From positions 23,686,001 through 23,750,000 of the forward strand of contig NC_087250.1 in assembly GCF_037042905.1 (NCBI RefSeq): a stretch of DNA of 64,000 nucleotides, given 5' to 3'. This document shows, piece after piece, positions 49,346-62,922 of the stretch (position 1 is its first letter; each line of letters starts with the position of its first letter). Both the position numbers and the translations under genes were made by a program. The DNA is from Lytechinus pictus. Its lineage: Eukaryota. Below the pieces are notes generated by a model. It saw only the letters and a program-made list of their open reading frames with translations, was not told where the DNA came from and did no database searches.

Positions 49346-49700
49346 CTGATGACACATCATTGATCGATCGAAAATTAATAACGCTGAAATTAGAACAGTC
49401 GTTTTCTCCATTGAAAAATTGTACTTTACTTTTTGTTTTAATTTGTGGGAGACTCTACTCATGAAAAATATTAAAATGCAATTTTTTATTAACATTTTCT
49501 TTAAAAAATATATATTTATAATTTTGCTTGACAAACAAGCAAAACATTTTTGATTGAATTTGTAATTTTGACTAGTTTAAGACTAAGTAAATAAGGGGAA
49601 CCCCCATATTCATGATGACGTATAGTCCTTTGCCAGGACTGTTCTACTTTTCAGTTGATCAATAACACAATCCTCGACCTCTACGCCCGAAATGAAAACA
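49336..49700. promoter_or_regulatory. Candidate promoter motifs: ETS core, NF-kB consensus, CRE half-site
   Basis: CACTTCCT at 49336-49343; GGGGAACCCC at 49595-49604 fits GGGRNWYYCC; TGACGT near 49616. Short motifs, could be chance. Confidence 0.3.
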
Positions 49701-50659
49701 GCCACACGATTTCCGTGAAAGAGGGGATAGCGCGATCACTGGAGATGGCGCGCATGGGAGAATAAAGCAAGGGGAGAGAAATAACAAGTACACCGACGTC
49801 TAGAATCTAGACTAGATGACGTATGGAATTAGGTTCGAGGTTCGAGCCCTGGCCTGCGGAGCATTTCATGAAACGAGTTATCGGGTATTTTATTTTAAAA
49901 GTCCTGTGTTATCCGACAGTTGCCATAGTAACAATCCTTCTCAGCCAATCAAAAACAAAGAAAGTTGTCAGATCTGACAACTTGTCGGACAAAAATATTG
50001 ATGAAAACGCTCTCCTGGTCACGTTTTTCGGATCGGATACGGAAAAAAATTGACCGTTTTGTACGTTGAATTCTAATTTGTTTGTTATTTGTATTATTAT
50101 TATTGTTATCATCGCATGCTCACATATCCTCTCCAAAGAATGATCAAGGCGCCTGACAATTCAATAAAATTAAACAGTAAATTAGACAGGGCTCCACACT
50201 AACCCTTTTTTTTCTACTGGTCCAACCTATTCATGTCGGACCAGTAGATACCCAGTTTTTCCATTTTTTACTGGTCCGAACCTAAAATCTACTGGTCCCA
50301 AAAAATAAAGAAAACATAAAAAAAGGCGCGAGTTTATTTTGCTGTCCACCCCCCCCCCCCCCCAAAAAAAAAAATGAAGGAACGAAAGACAAAACAGTGG
50401 CGGATCCAGCTTTTTATAAAGGGGGGGTTGGGGTGGTATGCGAGGGAGCGTAGCGACCGAGTCCAAGCGAGCGGAACGAGCGAGGGGGAGGGTGTGGGAG
50501 GGGGGTGTCCCCCCTCCCACAGTAGGGAAAATTTTTGAAAATCTGTGTGTGAAAATGACGTTTTCTGCATCTAAAAAAGATAAGATTTTAAAAAATGGTC
50601 CCCGGATTTTTTTTTTGGGGGGGTTGCAACCCCCCAACCCCCCCTCTAGATCCGCTTCT

Positions 50660-51300
50660 GCAAAAAGAAAGAAAGAATAAAAGAAATGAAGGAAGGAAGA
50701 AAATGAAAAGAAACTTAAAGAAAGGATAAATGTGAAGGAAGAAAAAAAAAGAACCAAAGAAGGAAAGGAAGGAAAGAAAGAAAGAACAAAAATAAGAAAA
50801 AGAAAAAGAAAAAAAAGGAAAGAAATGAAGTGAGCAATAAAGAAAGAAAGAACAAAAGACAGAAAGTAGTGAAGGAAAGAAAGAAGAAGCAATAAAAATG
50901 AAAGAAAGGGTGAAAGGAGAGATGGAAAGAAGGAAAAAAGAAAGAAAGAGAAGGATTGAAAGAAGGAAAAAAGAAAAGGTAAAATGTAGATAGAAGGAAA
51001 CAAGAATGAAGGAAAGAAATAATTAAAGAAGGAATTAAGGAAGGGAAGGAAGCAAGCAATAAAAAAAAGGTAGAATAGATGAAAGGAAGAAAAAAAGAAA
51101 GACTGAGAGGCAAAGAAAGGAAGGAATGAAGGAAAGAAAGAATGAAAGAAGAAAGGAGAGAAAGGAAGCAAGCAGTAAAAAAAAGAAAAGGTAAAAGGAT
51201 AGATTGAACAAAGGGAAAAAAGAAAGAACAAAAGACAGAAAGAAGAAAGGAAGGAAGGAATGAAAGAAAGAGAGAAAGGGCTGAAAGGAGGAAAATCATA
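50660..51300. repeat. Purine-rich (GAAA/GGAA) low-complexity tract
   Basis: Direct inspection; explains the Phe/Ser-rich 358-aa and 194-aa ORFs. Confidence 0.9.
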
Positions 51301-54300
51301 CATTAAAAAAATAAATTAAAGATTGATCCAGACATAAGGACACACACAGCCTGCGGGGTATAGGAATTAATATCCCTATTGGTAGGAATTAATATCCCTA
51401 TTGATTACTAATGCTTTTTTAAATAAGTCCCATGTGACACGCAACATTATTATGATGATTTCACTTTTGCTCTGCGCAGCATTAAATTTTGTTCTAAATT
51501 ATTTTATATTAAATTGAGACGGCTAATTATTGATCACATTACGTTATAAGAACCATTTGACATGCCCCCAAATGAATAAAAAGTCTTCACTTCCGAATGA
51601 AGTTGATTTTGATTTTTTTTTAATGTTTATATTTGACACCGGGAAAAAAATCAATATGTTGAATTTATTGTAGAAGTTTATTCTTAATGCATATTATTAT
51701 CATCAATGTTATTTATGATTATGTATTGGAAGATGTCCGACATTGTGTTTTATTGTAACACTCAAGAAAAAAAATGGTGTTAAATTTATAAGTTGTCAAG
51801 GTATTTATCAATTTGTAAAGACATCAAACTTCTATTTGTTATATATATTTTATTTTGTATATGAATTGAACTTATCAATAAAAACTACTTAATACAAAAA
51901 AATGATAAAGAAATGCCAAAATCATACAACTGTCGGTATGTAAAGAGGGTAGTAAGTTAATGTGTTTGCAACAAATACTTATGTAGCCAGAGCGTACTAA
52001 CAATATTTGTTAAAGTTACTACATAAACTACACAGGAAAATTATAAATAAGAATTATCCAACATTAATTTCAATTTACGTTTGAAAATATTTAGAGAGGT
52101 ACTATGTCTTATTTGTCATCTTCTTCTTCTTCTCCCCCATCCCTCCCCATTTTTGCTCTTCTTTAACCCACCCCTATTTATTTTTGGGGGGTTGATTAAT
52201 TGGTCCGGGTTCGGTGGCAAGCACTGTTTCATTATGAACAGAATAGTCTCACTAAATAAATAACGCAAACGCAACTAAATTTTACTGTTTGAGAATCATC
52301 TGATACGCAATCGGAACAAAGAAGGCAAATGAATACTAATCAAACTGGTCCTTCTGAAAAGAAAGGGGCCTTTGTGCCTTTTGTGGGGGTAATTTTCCTA
52401 GGGTAAAAGGGGGCACTTGTTTAATCAAAAATGTGTGGGCCGGCCGGCCGGGATGTACTGCGTCAACTCCCCGCTTTAGTTTGACTGTCTCTAATTGCAC
52501 ATGCTTGTCCTTCTCTTTTCTGAAATTCATTTTTATTGATAAAAATTGATCCCATATTTTTCAATTAACATCCTGTCAAACATTGTCAAGAGGGGCGAAA
52601 TTTCCTGATACCCCCTCCCCCAACCTTCCTAAAATTATAGTTTTCGTGTATCTCTACAATCGTAATAATTCCCTTTCTCTTTAATGATGGCAGTACAGAC
52701 TTTGGAAAACAAAACAAATCTTCCTGCATCGTGTTTTGGATTAATTTCCAGTCATCAATATCAAGCATGACTTATCCACATTTTCTTAAAGATTGAAAAG
52801 AAATTCTATAATATGATTGTTCAATACAAATTAATGTGGTATGTTAATTATTGTTTAATGGTTGAAATAATACAATTTCTTTGTTGTTTTCATAAATTAC
52901 ATAACAAGGGAACTTATTGATGAATTAGAGAGGGGTGCATGCGGGAGGACTATGAAAGTATGGGGCTAAATTAACATGCATAAAATCACATACACATTAA
53001 TGAGAATTTTACGTTTTGTCCGGGCGTTTTGTGCATGGTTACTGATAAGAGTAGTGGGCTACAGGGGCGTAACAGTGGTCGGTGGCCAAATTGGGGGGGG
53101 GGGGGGGGGGGCAAGAGCCAAAAATTTCCCGGTCATATCAAATTTTGACATATTTATTACAAAAATCAAATTTTGTGATAGATTTTGACATGATATCCAT
53201 AAAATTATATTTTACCCTTCTCCTTTTTTCTAATTCCTCCCTGAACATGCTGAACATGTGGAATTAGCATTGTATAATACTATATGATTCAGTCATGTTG
53301 GTCCTTATTGTCAAATCTATAGAAAAAATAAAATATTGTATAATTCAAACAATAAAAAACAAAAGAAATAGTGAGTGATGGACATCATCGACTGACTCAC
53401 CTAAATTTGTGCATATCACTGTTTTGTGTCATAAGCGAAATTTGTATATGTCGTAACTTTCTTATTTTACATCTGATTTTGATGAAATTTTCAACACTAG
53501 AGTCTATGCTAGTTTGATTTTTCTCTATTGATTCAAGTCAGCATTTTCATGGGGTGGACTTGACCTTTAATTTATTTTCCTTTCTTACTAATCTTGCTAT
53601 ATATATAGTAGGTGTATTCGGAATGATTTGTTCTTTCTTAAATGTTCTTTTTTCCTTCTTTTTCCCGCTTTCCTCTCGTTTTCCATTTAAAAAACACGTA
53701 CGTTTTTTTTTTTCTTTTCATGCACTTTTCCCTTTCCTTTTCATTTTCATTTCCTTTTCCCTCCCATTCCTTCCCTTTCTTGCCACTCCCTTTGATGTTT
53801 TTCCCCGGTTTTTTATTTTCCCGGTAAAGTCCGCTAGGGGCAGCTTGCCCCTCCCCTGTTACGCCTCTTGGGGGTTGAAGCAAAAGTCTGATTTTTTTTA
53901 TATATTTTTTTATTTTAAACAATTCATTCACATTCTTCTTCCTCTTATTTGTGCACTTGGGATATGGGAGGGCCTTGATCTTCCCTAGACGTTATAGACC
54001 TAATTATGAATACATAATCTTCAGAATATGAGGAACAATTTCAAGTAAAACCCTTTTAGAATTTAAAATAAATTACGCAGACTTAATTTGGGGCCCCTGC
54101 CCAGAATAGTTGTCTGCATCGCGATCGATTATATCTGAGCGGAGAAGCATCGTTTTGTATAGCGCCATCATCTTCGTAAACGTTCGCCATATATGCCAAC
54201 AAAGCATTGCCAACGCCAACGGTGGTCCCCTTTGGCAAAGTTGACTTTCCAAAGCCAAATAATCAGGTACGTTCCATATAAATCATTTAGAATGACACCC

Positions 54301-54722
54301 GATAATCTAATTATGAATGAATAGTTACAATAGAATTTATTAATGGTATTCTTTTGGTCTCTATCGTCATGTTTTCTTTATTTTGTAGGTACGACTCGAC
54401 TCCGCCGCGGCTCAGTTTATGGCCGGGGTTTATCATATGGCGTGACGAGGTTCCAGCGTGCCAGAGGCAGAGCAGCAGTGCACAGCCCAGTGGCTGCATT
54501 TTGTCTCGTGTCATGACATGACAGGATAGGCCGTCGCTCTAAGTAAAAGTTTATAACTGAGATGCTGCCGCTTGAATTAGGAGCCTGGCGCTGGCTTTGT
54601 TTTGGCCTTACAGAAGAGTGTACCCTATGACTATGTCGTCCAGTCCTTCCTGAATCAGCCATCGGTAAGCCTAAACTAAAGTAAAGTTACTAAAATAAAG
54701 TTTAACTAGACATAAAAATAAC

Positions 54723-55492
54723 GGTTCCGGGACAGCCCGACCACCGGACAGCCCGACCCTGGACAGCCCGACCCGCTGCCCTGGACAACTCGTCCCGGTC
54801 GAGTTGTCCAGGGTTGGCTCTGAATCGGACAACTCGACCACTTGAATTCTTCTTCAACATTTCATGAAATAATATTTCAAACTTTACTTCAAAAGTATTT
54901 TCCCGCATAATCCATGTTTCTACAATACATTCTCGACAGAAAATTTGACATTTCAGTGCATTTTGAGCTATTTTGAAAGAAAATAAAGCGAGTTCCCTTG
55001 CAACGAGATTACCGGTATCTTGATAAATTGATAAACCAATACCGCCGGCGAGCTGTGTTCAAAGTCTGCAAATTTGAGTTGATTTTTCCGTCACTTGACA
55101 TATTTTAATGATGAGAGGGTGTGCTATTTTGTATTTTCATATTCCATTTTCACATTTCCTCTACTTATTTAAAGTTATTGCATTTCACAAAACTGATACT
55201 TAATGCAAACTTTTGAGATAGTTCACCTGGAAAGGACACCTGATGCGGTGCTTCGCCTCGCCGGCCAGCTGGGCGACCGGATGTGCTGTGATTGTGACTG
55301 AGTGTGGCACTCGGCTCAAATAGCTATGCGAGGTCAAACTTACTTATTTTAGTAAATTTTTCCGTCTCTTGACATATTCCAATGGCGAGAGTGCTATTTT
55401 TGTATTTTCACACTTCTTCCACTTATTAAAAAGTTTTTTTAATGTCACTAAGCTGATTATAGGAGTATATAGGACAGTGAATGCGTGGTCGG
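54723..55492 (+). repeat. Left arm of ~750-bp inverted repeat pair (GGACAGCCCGACC tandem motifs)
   Basis: Near-identical reverse complement at 62923-63652. Confidence 0.85.
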
Positions 55493-55999
55493 TTTTGTGA
55501 AAAATAAACGAAAATTTAAAATGTCATAACTTTCTTATTTTACATCCGATTTTGATGAAATTTTCAGCACTATGCTATTTTGATTTTTCTCTATTTATTT
55601 AAGTCAGCATTTTCCTGGGGTGGACTTGTCCTTGAAAGAGCCATCCACGTAAGTTAGGGTTAAGTTAGTTGTCATGGTAATCAAATAGGCAATACATTTT
55701 GAAATGTTGTATATTCTTAAACCAAAGGGGCAATTAATTAATGCATGTTAATTTGTATGGTTACTATTGTAGTTTTAAGATTGTCCATATTGTTACATCG
55801 ACACCCAAAGCAGAGGATATTGTTCTAAATTGGAGTTACGATAACAAATATAACTATGGGCACACATGAATTTGTTCATATGTCTAGGCTTTACAAAAAA
55901 AAAAAGTATTGTGAATATTGGGTTCTATTACTTGTGAATTTTTTTTCTGCTGAACATTTTACCTTCAAGTGCTGATCATTTTGGAAGAGATTAAGTTGA

Positions 56000-56515
56000 A
56001 ATTGGAGGGATGGAGACGATGATATGAAAAGGATGGTTATGAAAAGTGGGTTGGAGATGATGAGAGGAAGGATGGAGATGATGAGGGGATGGAGATGAGA
56101 GGAGGCATGGAGATGAAAGGAAGGATGGAGATGAGAGGAATAGATGAGAGGGATGGAAATTGTGAGAGTAAGGATGGAGATGAGAGGAATAGAGAGGGAT
56201 GAAAATTATGAGAGGAAGGATGGAGATAGAGGGATAGAGATGAGAGGAGGCATGGAGATGAGAGGGATAGAGATGAGAGGAGACATGGAGATGAAAGGAA
56301 GGATGGAGATGAGAGGGATAGAGATGATGAGAGGAGGCATGGAGATGAAAGGACGGAGATGAGAGGAACAGATGATGAGAGGGATGGAAATAATTATGAG
56401 AGGAAGGATGGAGATGAGAGGGATAGAGATGAAGATGAGAGTAGAGTTGAGGAGGCGATGGAGATTAGAAGAATTGAGATGAGGGGATGGAGAGGAGGGA
56501 TGGAAATGAAAGAAT
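56000..56515. repeat. GGAGATGAGA-type low-complexity repeat (complementary-sense tract at 57430-57710)
   Basis: Direct inspection. Confidence 0.85.
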
Positions 56516-56523
56516 GATCTTAA

Positions 56524-56999
56524 ACGGATGGTCCGAGTTGAAAATAATTATAGCTTGATAAATAGAGTAGAATTCACAGAGCAAAATGCCGAAAATTTCA
56601 TCAAAATCGGATAACAAAGTTATTGAAGTTTAAAGTTTAGCAATATTTTGTGAAAACAGTCGTCATGCATATTCATTAGGTGGGCTGATGATGTCACATC
56701 CCCACTTGTTCTTTTGTATTTTATTACATGATGTAAGTTTTATTCAATTTTTTTCCTCCAAGAACTAGAAATTTATTGCTGCAACTTATTACATTATAAG
56801 GGAGACATAATGAAATAATGAAAAAATGATTTTAAGTAATAACATAAGAAAACGGAAAGTGGGATGTGACATCATCAGCCCACCTAATGAATATTCATGA
56901 CTGCTTTCACAAAATATTGCTAAACTTCAATAATTTTGTTATCCAGTGAATTCTACTCTATGTATTAAGATATAAATATTTTCAGCCCGGACCATCCCT
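56524..56999. mobile_element. Foldback MITE, TTAA-type
   Basis: TTAAACGGATGGTCCG..GAAAATA / TATTTTCAGCCCGGACCATCCCTTT; internal IR ATTAGGTGGGCTGATGATGTCACATCCC. Confidence 0.65.
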
Positions 57000-57885
57000 T
57001 TTAGAAACATCACCACCAACATCATCTCTATCATCGCCACCATCACAATCAGTGCCATCATCACCATCATCATCATCTCTATAATCACTATCGCCATCAT
57101 TATCATCACCATTATCTTAATTATCATCGCTATCGCTATATTCATCGCCATCATTATCATCACCATAATCACTCGCTATCATCATTGCCATCATCATCAC
57201 AAACATCATCGCCACCAACATCCTTTTCATCATCTCAGGAATATTATTGAGAACCTCTTGGAAATGATGCAATCCCGAAGGCAATTTGACTCGATCTCAT
57301 CAGTGGCATAACTGGGTTTATTCAGCTTTGGGGGCACTGGGGGCCTTGAACTTTTGTAGGGGGCACCAAGATAAATATGTTATGGGATAGTCCTGCAGAC
57401 CAAAGTTTTAGAAAATCATCAACCATTTTTGCATCTCCATCCCTGTTTCATCTCAATCCCTCCTCTCATCTCCATCCCAACTCATGTAAACCCTTCCACA
57501 TCATCTCCACCACTCATCACCATCTCCATCCTCATCTCTAAACCTTATCATCTCCATCCCTCCCAACATCATCCCCATCCGTCCTCTCATCATCTCCACC
57601 CACTCATCATCCACACCCCTCTCATCAACTACATCACTCCTCATCATGGCCATCCCACCTTTCATCATCTCCATCCTCCCCCCTCTTCATCTCTCCAATT
57701 ATCTCCATCTGATTACCATGTGACACAACATTTGCTCCTGCGACAATTGCCCCGGGCTTAATTTTGTCCCTTTCACAATTGGTGGTGCAACTGCTTACGA
57801 CCTTTCACTGTTGCAATTCTGTGCAACGTATATTGTGACCAAGTAATCGCAAACGATCGCACAAGCAATTGTGAAAGCCCCTTAA

Positions 57886-59341
57886 AGTTGAATTAAGAAG
57901 ACGATTCCAAATATTGAGATATTTACATTAATAGCAACCTTACAACCCCCCAAACACTAATAGGTGATTCGACCCCCCATTTTCTTTTTTCAAAATAGTG
58001 AATTTGAACGATTTATCCCTACCCATTTTCCCTGAGTTCGCTCCTGCAATGCCTACCGAGACGGGTGTTCTTTGAGTGTGACGTCACCGGGGGGTATTCG
58101 GTCCCGGTGTAGTAATCAAGGCAGTGCCGTTTTGTGTACTATGCACGTACTCCTTCATATGCTGGAATAACTGCAGTTGAAGTTGTATCTGCGAGCCATA
58201 GAACTTGCAAAGAGGAAATGATTAAAATATTTGTGGCCGTACTATTATTCCAAATATGTGAATTCCCTCAGAATGATACCATAGACCCTAAAGGAATAAT
58301 TTCAAGGTGAATAATATGAAATTTGATCGAGATCTTCTCACCAGTCGATAACGTAGCAGACGTGTTATTATGACATATTTATCCGCGTGTGACGCGGCTC
58401 TTGCAAAAAAACACAGTTGGTTGCGGAATTGCTTTGTGCCGACCGGCCGCCCGCTCCGGCGCAGCTAGCTGTCGAGCTACCGTACCGTTCTTGTTGTCTT
58501 CAACCATAGAGATGTATACTAATTACTATATATCTTTCTGTCTTCAACTCACTTCCGAATTGCGTTTGTATGTGTGACGGTGACCCCTAGCGTAATTAAA
58601 TATAGAAAACAACTCAGAAGGCCGAGAAAGAATACTATACGTTTGGTTCAAGATTGTTCTGTGGAATGAGCTATGAGTGGAAATGATCCAGAGAATATAA
58701 AAGTGGAGTCAAAGACAAAAGAAAAGAAGAAAAAACGCCAGGGGATCGCTGCACGGCCATGAACTAAGTCGACATACCAGACCATAACAGTACACTCAAT
58801 GCCTGGGTGTTGTGTGTACTAGTATTATGCGTTCAGCGCGCGCTGAGCTAGCCGCCGGAATTACTTTCCAGCTACTCACTTGATTGAACATCGTGATAAA
58901 ATAAATGAGAAATAGTGAAAATATCATTCAATAACTCACTGTTTGCTATCTTACATCATGATTGAAGAGTTCATGGTGGTTATTCATACTGTTTTTTATA
59001 CAGGGAAAGTAAAGATTTGTACATATCAGTCCTATTTATTTGATTTGAGTTGCTTTGAAAAAAAATTGTAAAATATCTTTCTCTCTCTGCATAGCATTTC
59101 TGTATGACATTCAGGCACCTCTTATACTAAATTCCCCCCGGTGACGTCACACTCCGAGTGACTTTTCTGTACACTCGTCTCTCGGGCTCTGACAGGTGGC
59201 TAATTTCATAGACTTTCAAAGCAAAATATCGAGAAGGCAGAGGATTATTGTGACATGCTATGTGTTTGAACAACTTATATATACTATATATTGTATGTAG
59301 AACCTATATTTATGGAAACTCACCCCCTTCTTAATTCAACT
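57886..59341. mobile_element. 1.46-kb non-autonomous TTAA-target element (Kolobok-like) nested in an older MITE (about 57711-59475)
   Basis: TTAA|AGTTGAATTAAGAAG...CTTCTTAATTCAACT|TTAA; internal IR GAGTGTGACGTCACCGGGGGG / CCCCCCGGTGACGTCACACTC. Confidence 0.8.
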
Positions 59342-59881
59342 TTAAGATAGAGGTTTTAGGGTTGCAATAGAGTTTTAGGTTAGGTTTAGGCCTTACTGGT
59401 TGAAGCTGTTCATAAGATTACGGTGTGGAATTTACAGCGGAGCAATTGTTGCCAGAGCAAATGTCATGGAACCTGTCACCACAGCTCTCATTAAAAGGTA
59501 AATATTCAGCAAGAAAAAGGATACACAATAGTGAAAGAACCAAATATTCAAAATACTTTTTTGGAGTTAAGTGGGTTTTATTAAGTAATCAGATGTAAAA
59601 TTACATAGTAACACATATTGAACTTCAGTGTATATAAAATTTATTATATCCCACATAGATTAAATACTGGTTCAAAATTTCAAATAGTATTACATTATCA
59701 AATATGTTATTATGATGATAAATATGACTACAGCATAGTCTTATTTATCATCACAATTCCAGTTGGGAACAATATCCTCTGCTTTTGGTGTTTATGTAAA
59801 GCTAACAATAAGGACAATCTTAAAATTACACTAGTGCCAATATAAATTAACATTAACAATTGCACTATCAGGAATATACAA

Positions 59882-60735
59882 TAGGCCCGTTTTGAAAGTC
59901 AATTTTTGATGCACGTGTACACGGCGTGTTTTTCGGTCGTGTACACGTGTACACGTTGTAAACACTCTGAGAGCGAGTTGTTTTCATGTCGACACGGACC
60001 TGCATCAACATGTCATTAAAAAGGGGGTCTATATAGCCTAAGTCACGGTTTTAAAGCTTACCAGAGAAGTTTGAAGTATCAATCCACAAAAATTGGTGCA
60101 AATTAAAAGTTTACTCAGCTTAGCAGCGCATTAAATTAATAAAGAATGCAAAAGAAAATCAGTGCAGGGCCCTGCTAGCGCCGACGCTCGTTGGATGCGC
60201 ATTTTGTATACTGTACCGTACGTGCATGCACAGATCGCTGCAGAATGAAGTGTAACTGAAGTTATCGATTGATTTTCATTATTTTGTTGCCAATTTGAGG
60301 AGCGTTTGTTTGTAGGCTTGTAGCACATGTGTACGAGCGTATAACACGTAAGTTGTAGCAATGATCGCTGTTGCAATTGGTGATTCTCAAATTGGCTATG
60401 AGTGTAATTGAGCAACACTTTCGAGACCGGAGGCGGAGCAGACCCATTTCGTGGTACAAAAACTTGAGTCTCCAGAATGTATGTGGATTAAATCGGCGAT
60501 TTTGGAAGTGAACTCACTCTAGATTAATTGAAATATATTGACATATTAGTAATTAGAATATGTGCAGTGTCTGAGAACTATGATTTAATGTGAGGCTGTG
60601 AGCTTGTTCACTGATTTTGTAGTCCCATGCAAGCTTTATGCAGATGCTACCGTGTACACGGTGATGGAATTTAGTACACGTGCACTGACTTGACCGTGCG
60701 TGTACACGTGTACACGTGTACCCGAAACGGGCCTA
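59882..60735. mobile_element. Non-autonomous hAT-like element with GTGTACAC subterminal repeats
   Basis: TIR TAGGCCCGTTT / AAACGGGCCTA; 8-bp TSD ATATACAA. Confidence 0.85.
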
Positions 60736-61060
60736 ATATACAACCTGTTATACATTATTATATATGGTTTCCATGGCAATTAAATGATCCCTAACTTAGC
60801 TAGAGGGATTTTCAACCCTCCCTCATCTTTTTTTTGTCATACAAAAACTGGCCATACAGAGTTTGCAATTCTGGTGGTCTCAAAGAGCTGGAAAGATAGA
60901 AATAAAATAAAGTATTGACGATATAGTAATTTCAACTATTTGATGCTCTGCACCTCTTTTGCTACTGAAACAAATCGAATCATTTCAACCTTTAATTTAG
61001 AAGCAAATACATTTTTAAAATATATTAAAGTTAAGTTAATTGCAACTAATTCAATCTTAA

Positions 61061-61530
61061 AGGAAAAGTTCACTCTGAAGAAAAGTTTGTTGTAAAAATA
61101 GCAGAAAAACAATAAAAAAATATTGGTGAATGTTTGAGGAAGATTAAAAATGTTATTCAATTTAAGTTTGGATTTGTGGCGTCATAAACGAGCAGCTGCC
61201 AAATATATTATGTAATATAAAGTGCATGAATTTAATTTTTTTTAATGGTTCCTGATGACTTATTTTTGTTTTCTTGTCATGTTTGGGTGTGAAATGTTTT
61301 GTCTTTTGATATACAAAAGGTATAGTAAAACCATTTTCTGAGAAAATGACAATTGATTTTTTACCATTCACTATGTAGAAATGCTGCTCGCATATGACAT
61401 CACAAATCAAATAATTGAAATTCTAATAACTTTTCAATTCTTTGATGGATTTTCCTCAAACCTTCGGCAATATTTTTTTTTTTTTCTGCTGTTTTTACAA
61501 TAATTTTTTTGTCAGGGTGAACTTCCCCTT
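61061..61530. mobile_element. TTAA-type foldback MITE (relative at about 45520-46373)
   Basis: AGGAAAAGTTCACTCTGA / TCAGGGTGAACTTCCCCT inverted ends. Confidence 0.65.
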
Positions 61531-61600
61531 CAAACTCACTTGAACGATACTTGGTATCATCTAGAAGATATGTATAACATAAATGTTCCACATGAATTAA

Positions 61601-62184
61601 AGGAGAATGAAACTCTTGGAGCAAGTTAGCTTTTGTGAAAGCAGAAAAATCAAAGAATGAGATCAACAAAAGTTTGAGTAAAATAGGACTAGCAATAGAA
61701 GAGTTATGAGCATTTGAATGTCGAGATCACTAATGCTATGGAGATCCTCCCATTGGCAACGCAACCAAGATCTATGATATCACAGATGAACAACTCTCCC
61801 CTTTTGGACACTGAAAATATACCCCAAAACATCTCTTTTTGCTCATTCTAATCATATGACAAACGATTCATCAATGATATAATGTTGTGAAACCTCTGTA
61901 CTTGTCCTCTCATAAAGAGAACACCTCACCTTGTGATAGATTCTATAAAAGTGAGAATATAAGTGAAATAAGTACTAAAGCAATGAGGGAGTTGTACGTG
62001 TGTGACATCACAGATCTTGGTCGCATTGCCAACGGGAGGATCTACATGGCATTAGTGATCTCAATATTCAAATGCTCATAACTTTCTTATTATTCATTCA
62101 ATCTTCCTCAAACTTTCAACAATATGTTTCTTTGATTTTTCTCTTTGATATGGATTCAGCTGGTTTCAAGGGTTTCATTCTCCT
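61601..62184. mobile_element. TTAA-target foldback MITE (Kolobok-like)
   Basis: TTAA|AGGAGAATGAAAC...GTTTCATTCTCCT|TTAA with long inverted arms. Confidence 0.8.
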
Positions 62185-62508
62185 TTAAGCATAACCTCTA
62201 CATACCCAAAATTAATTCAAATTAATGTTACAACTTCTACTAAACCTAAAAATGTAGTGGTTACTCACATTTTCAAGAAGCAATTTTGAATTTTTATTAA
62301 TAAAATAAGAAAAAATAAGTTAAATTTTTGTTCAATTGTCCTTTTTTTTTTTTTATAAAGAATTTGAATAAAAAAAATAAAAAAAAATAAAACTTTGATA
62401 TACCTGCATGAAGAGCACAAAAATGGATTTATTGTATCTAAGAAGCTGTATTTACCTCCGTCGATCAAGGGACTGCCGCTCTGATGCCCAAGTCATTGGA
62501 ACTCAGTA

Positions 62509-62672
62509 TTATTTCTGCTCGTGAAAGAAATGGAAAGGCCATCGCATGTCGAGTATGAAACCTCTTCTCATCCCGGGTGTAGGTGGTTGGTACCAGCCCA
62601 AGTGCTGGTATCCTCCTGAAGACCCGTTGTTTCCAATGGAAGTTGCATTAAAAAAAGTTGTGACAGTATAAA
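62509..62672 (-). CDS. Possible terminal coding exon of an unidentified gene
   Basis: Acceptor tttttacctgtcag, then open frame YTVTTFFNATSIGNNGSSGGYQHLGWYQPPTPGMRRGFILDMRWPFHFFHEQK*; GC-richer than flanks; a minus-strand AATAAA lies near 59580. No family recognised. Confidence 0.35.
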
Positions 62673-62922
62673 CTGACAGGTAAAAAATGAGACACATGTT
62701 TTTCGATAACGAAAGGCAAGTTTTAGATTTTGATAAAAAAGTTAAGTTTTTCAATTACGGTAGAAATAAAAAATATATTTCTTTTTTCAATAAACTATTC
62801 CATATTGTAAACTTCATAACTTACATACTGAGACATTTTCAAATCTATTTCCATAATTGGTTTAGATGTTGGTTGGAAGCACAAATAAAAGGGGCGTCAA
62901 GGATGGTTTTGGGAAGCGCATT

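Noticed and set aside
50227..51303. 358-aa Phe/Ser/Leu-rich 'membrane protein' ORF
   Set aside because: Antisense of a purine-rich low-complexity tract plus MITE sequence.
54389..54664. Exon-like segment bounded by tgtag and gtaagc
   Set aside because: Stops in all three frames; probably TE interior or non-coding.
56144..57761. Met/Arg/Gly-, Met/Ile- and His/Pro-rich ORFs
   Set aside because: Translations of GAGAT and CAT low-complexity repeats.
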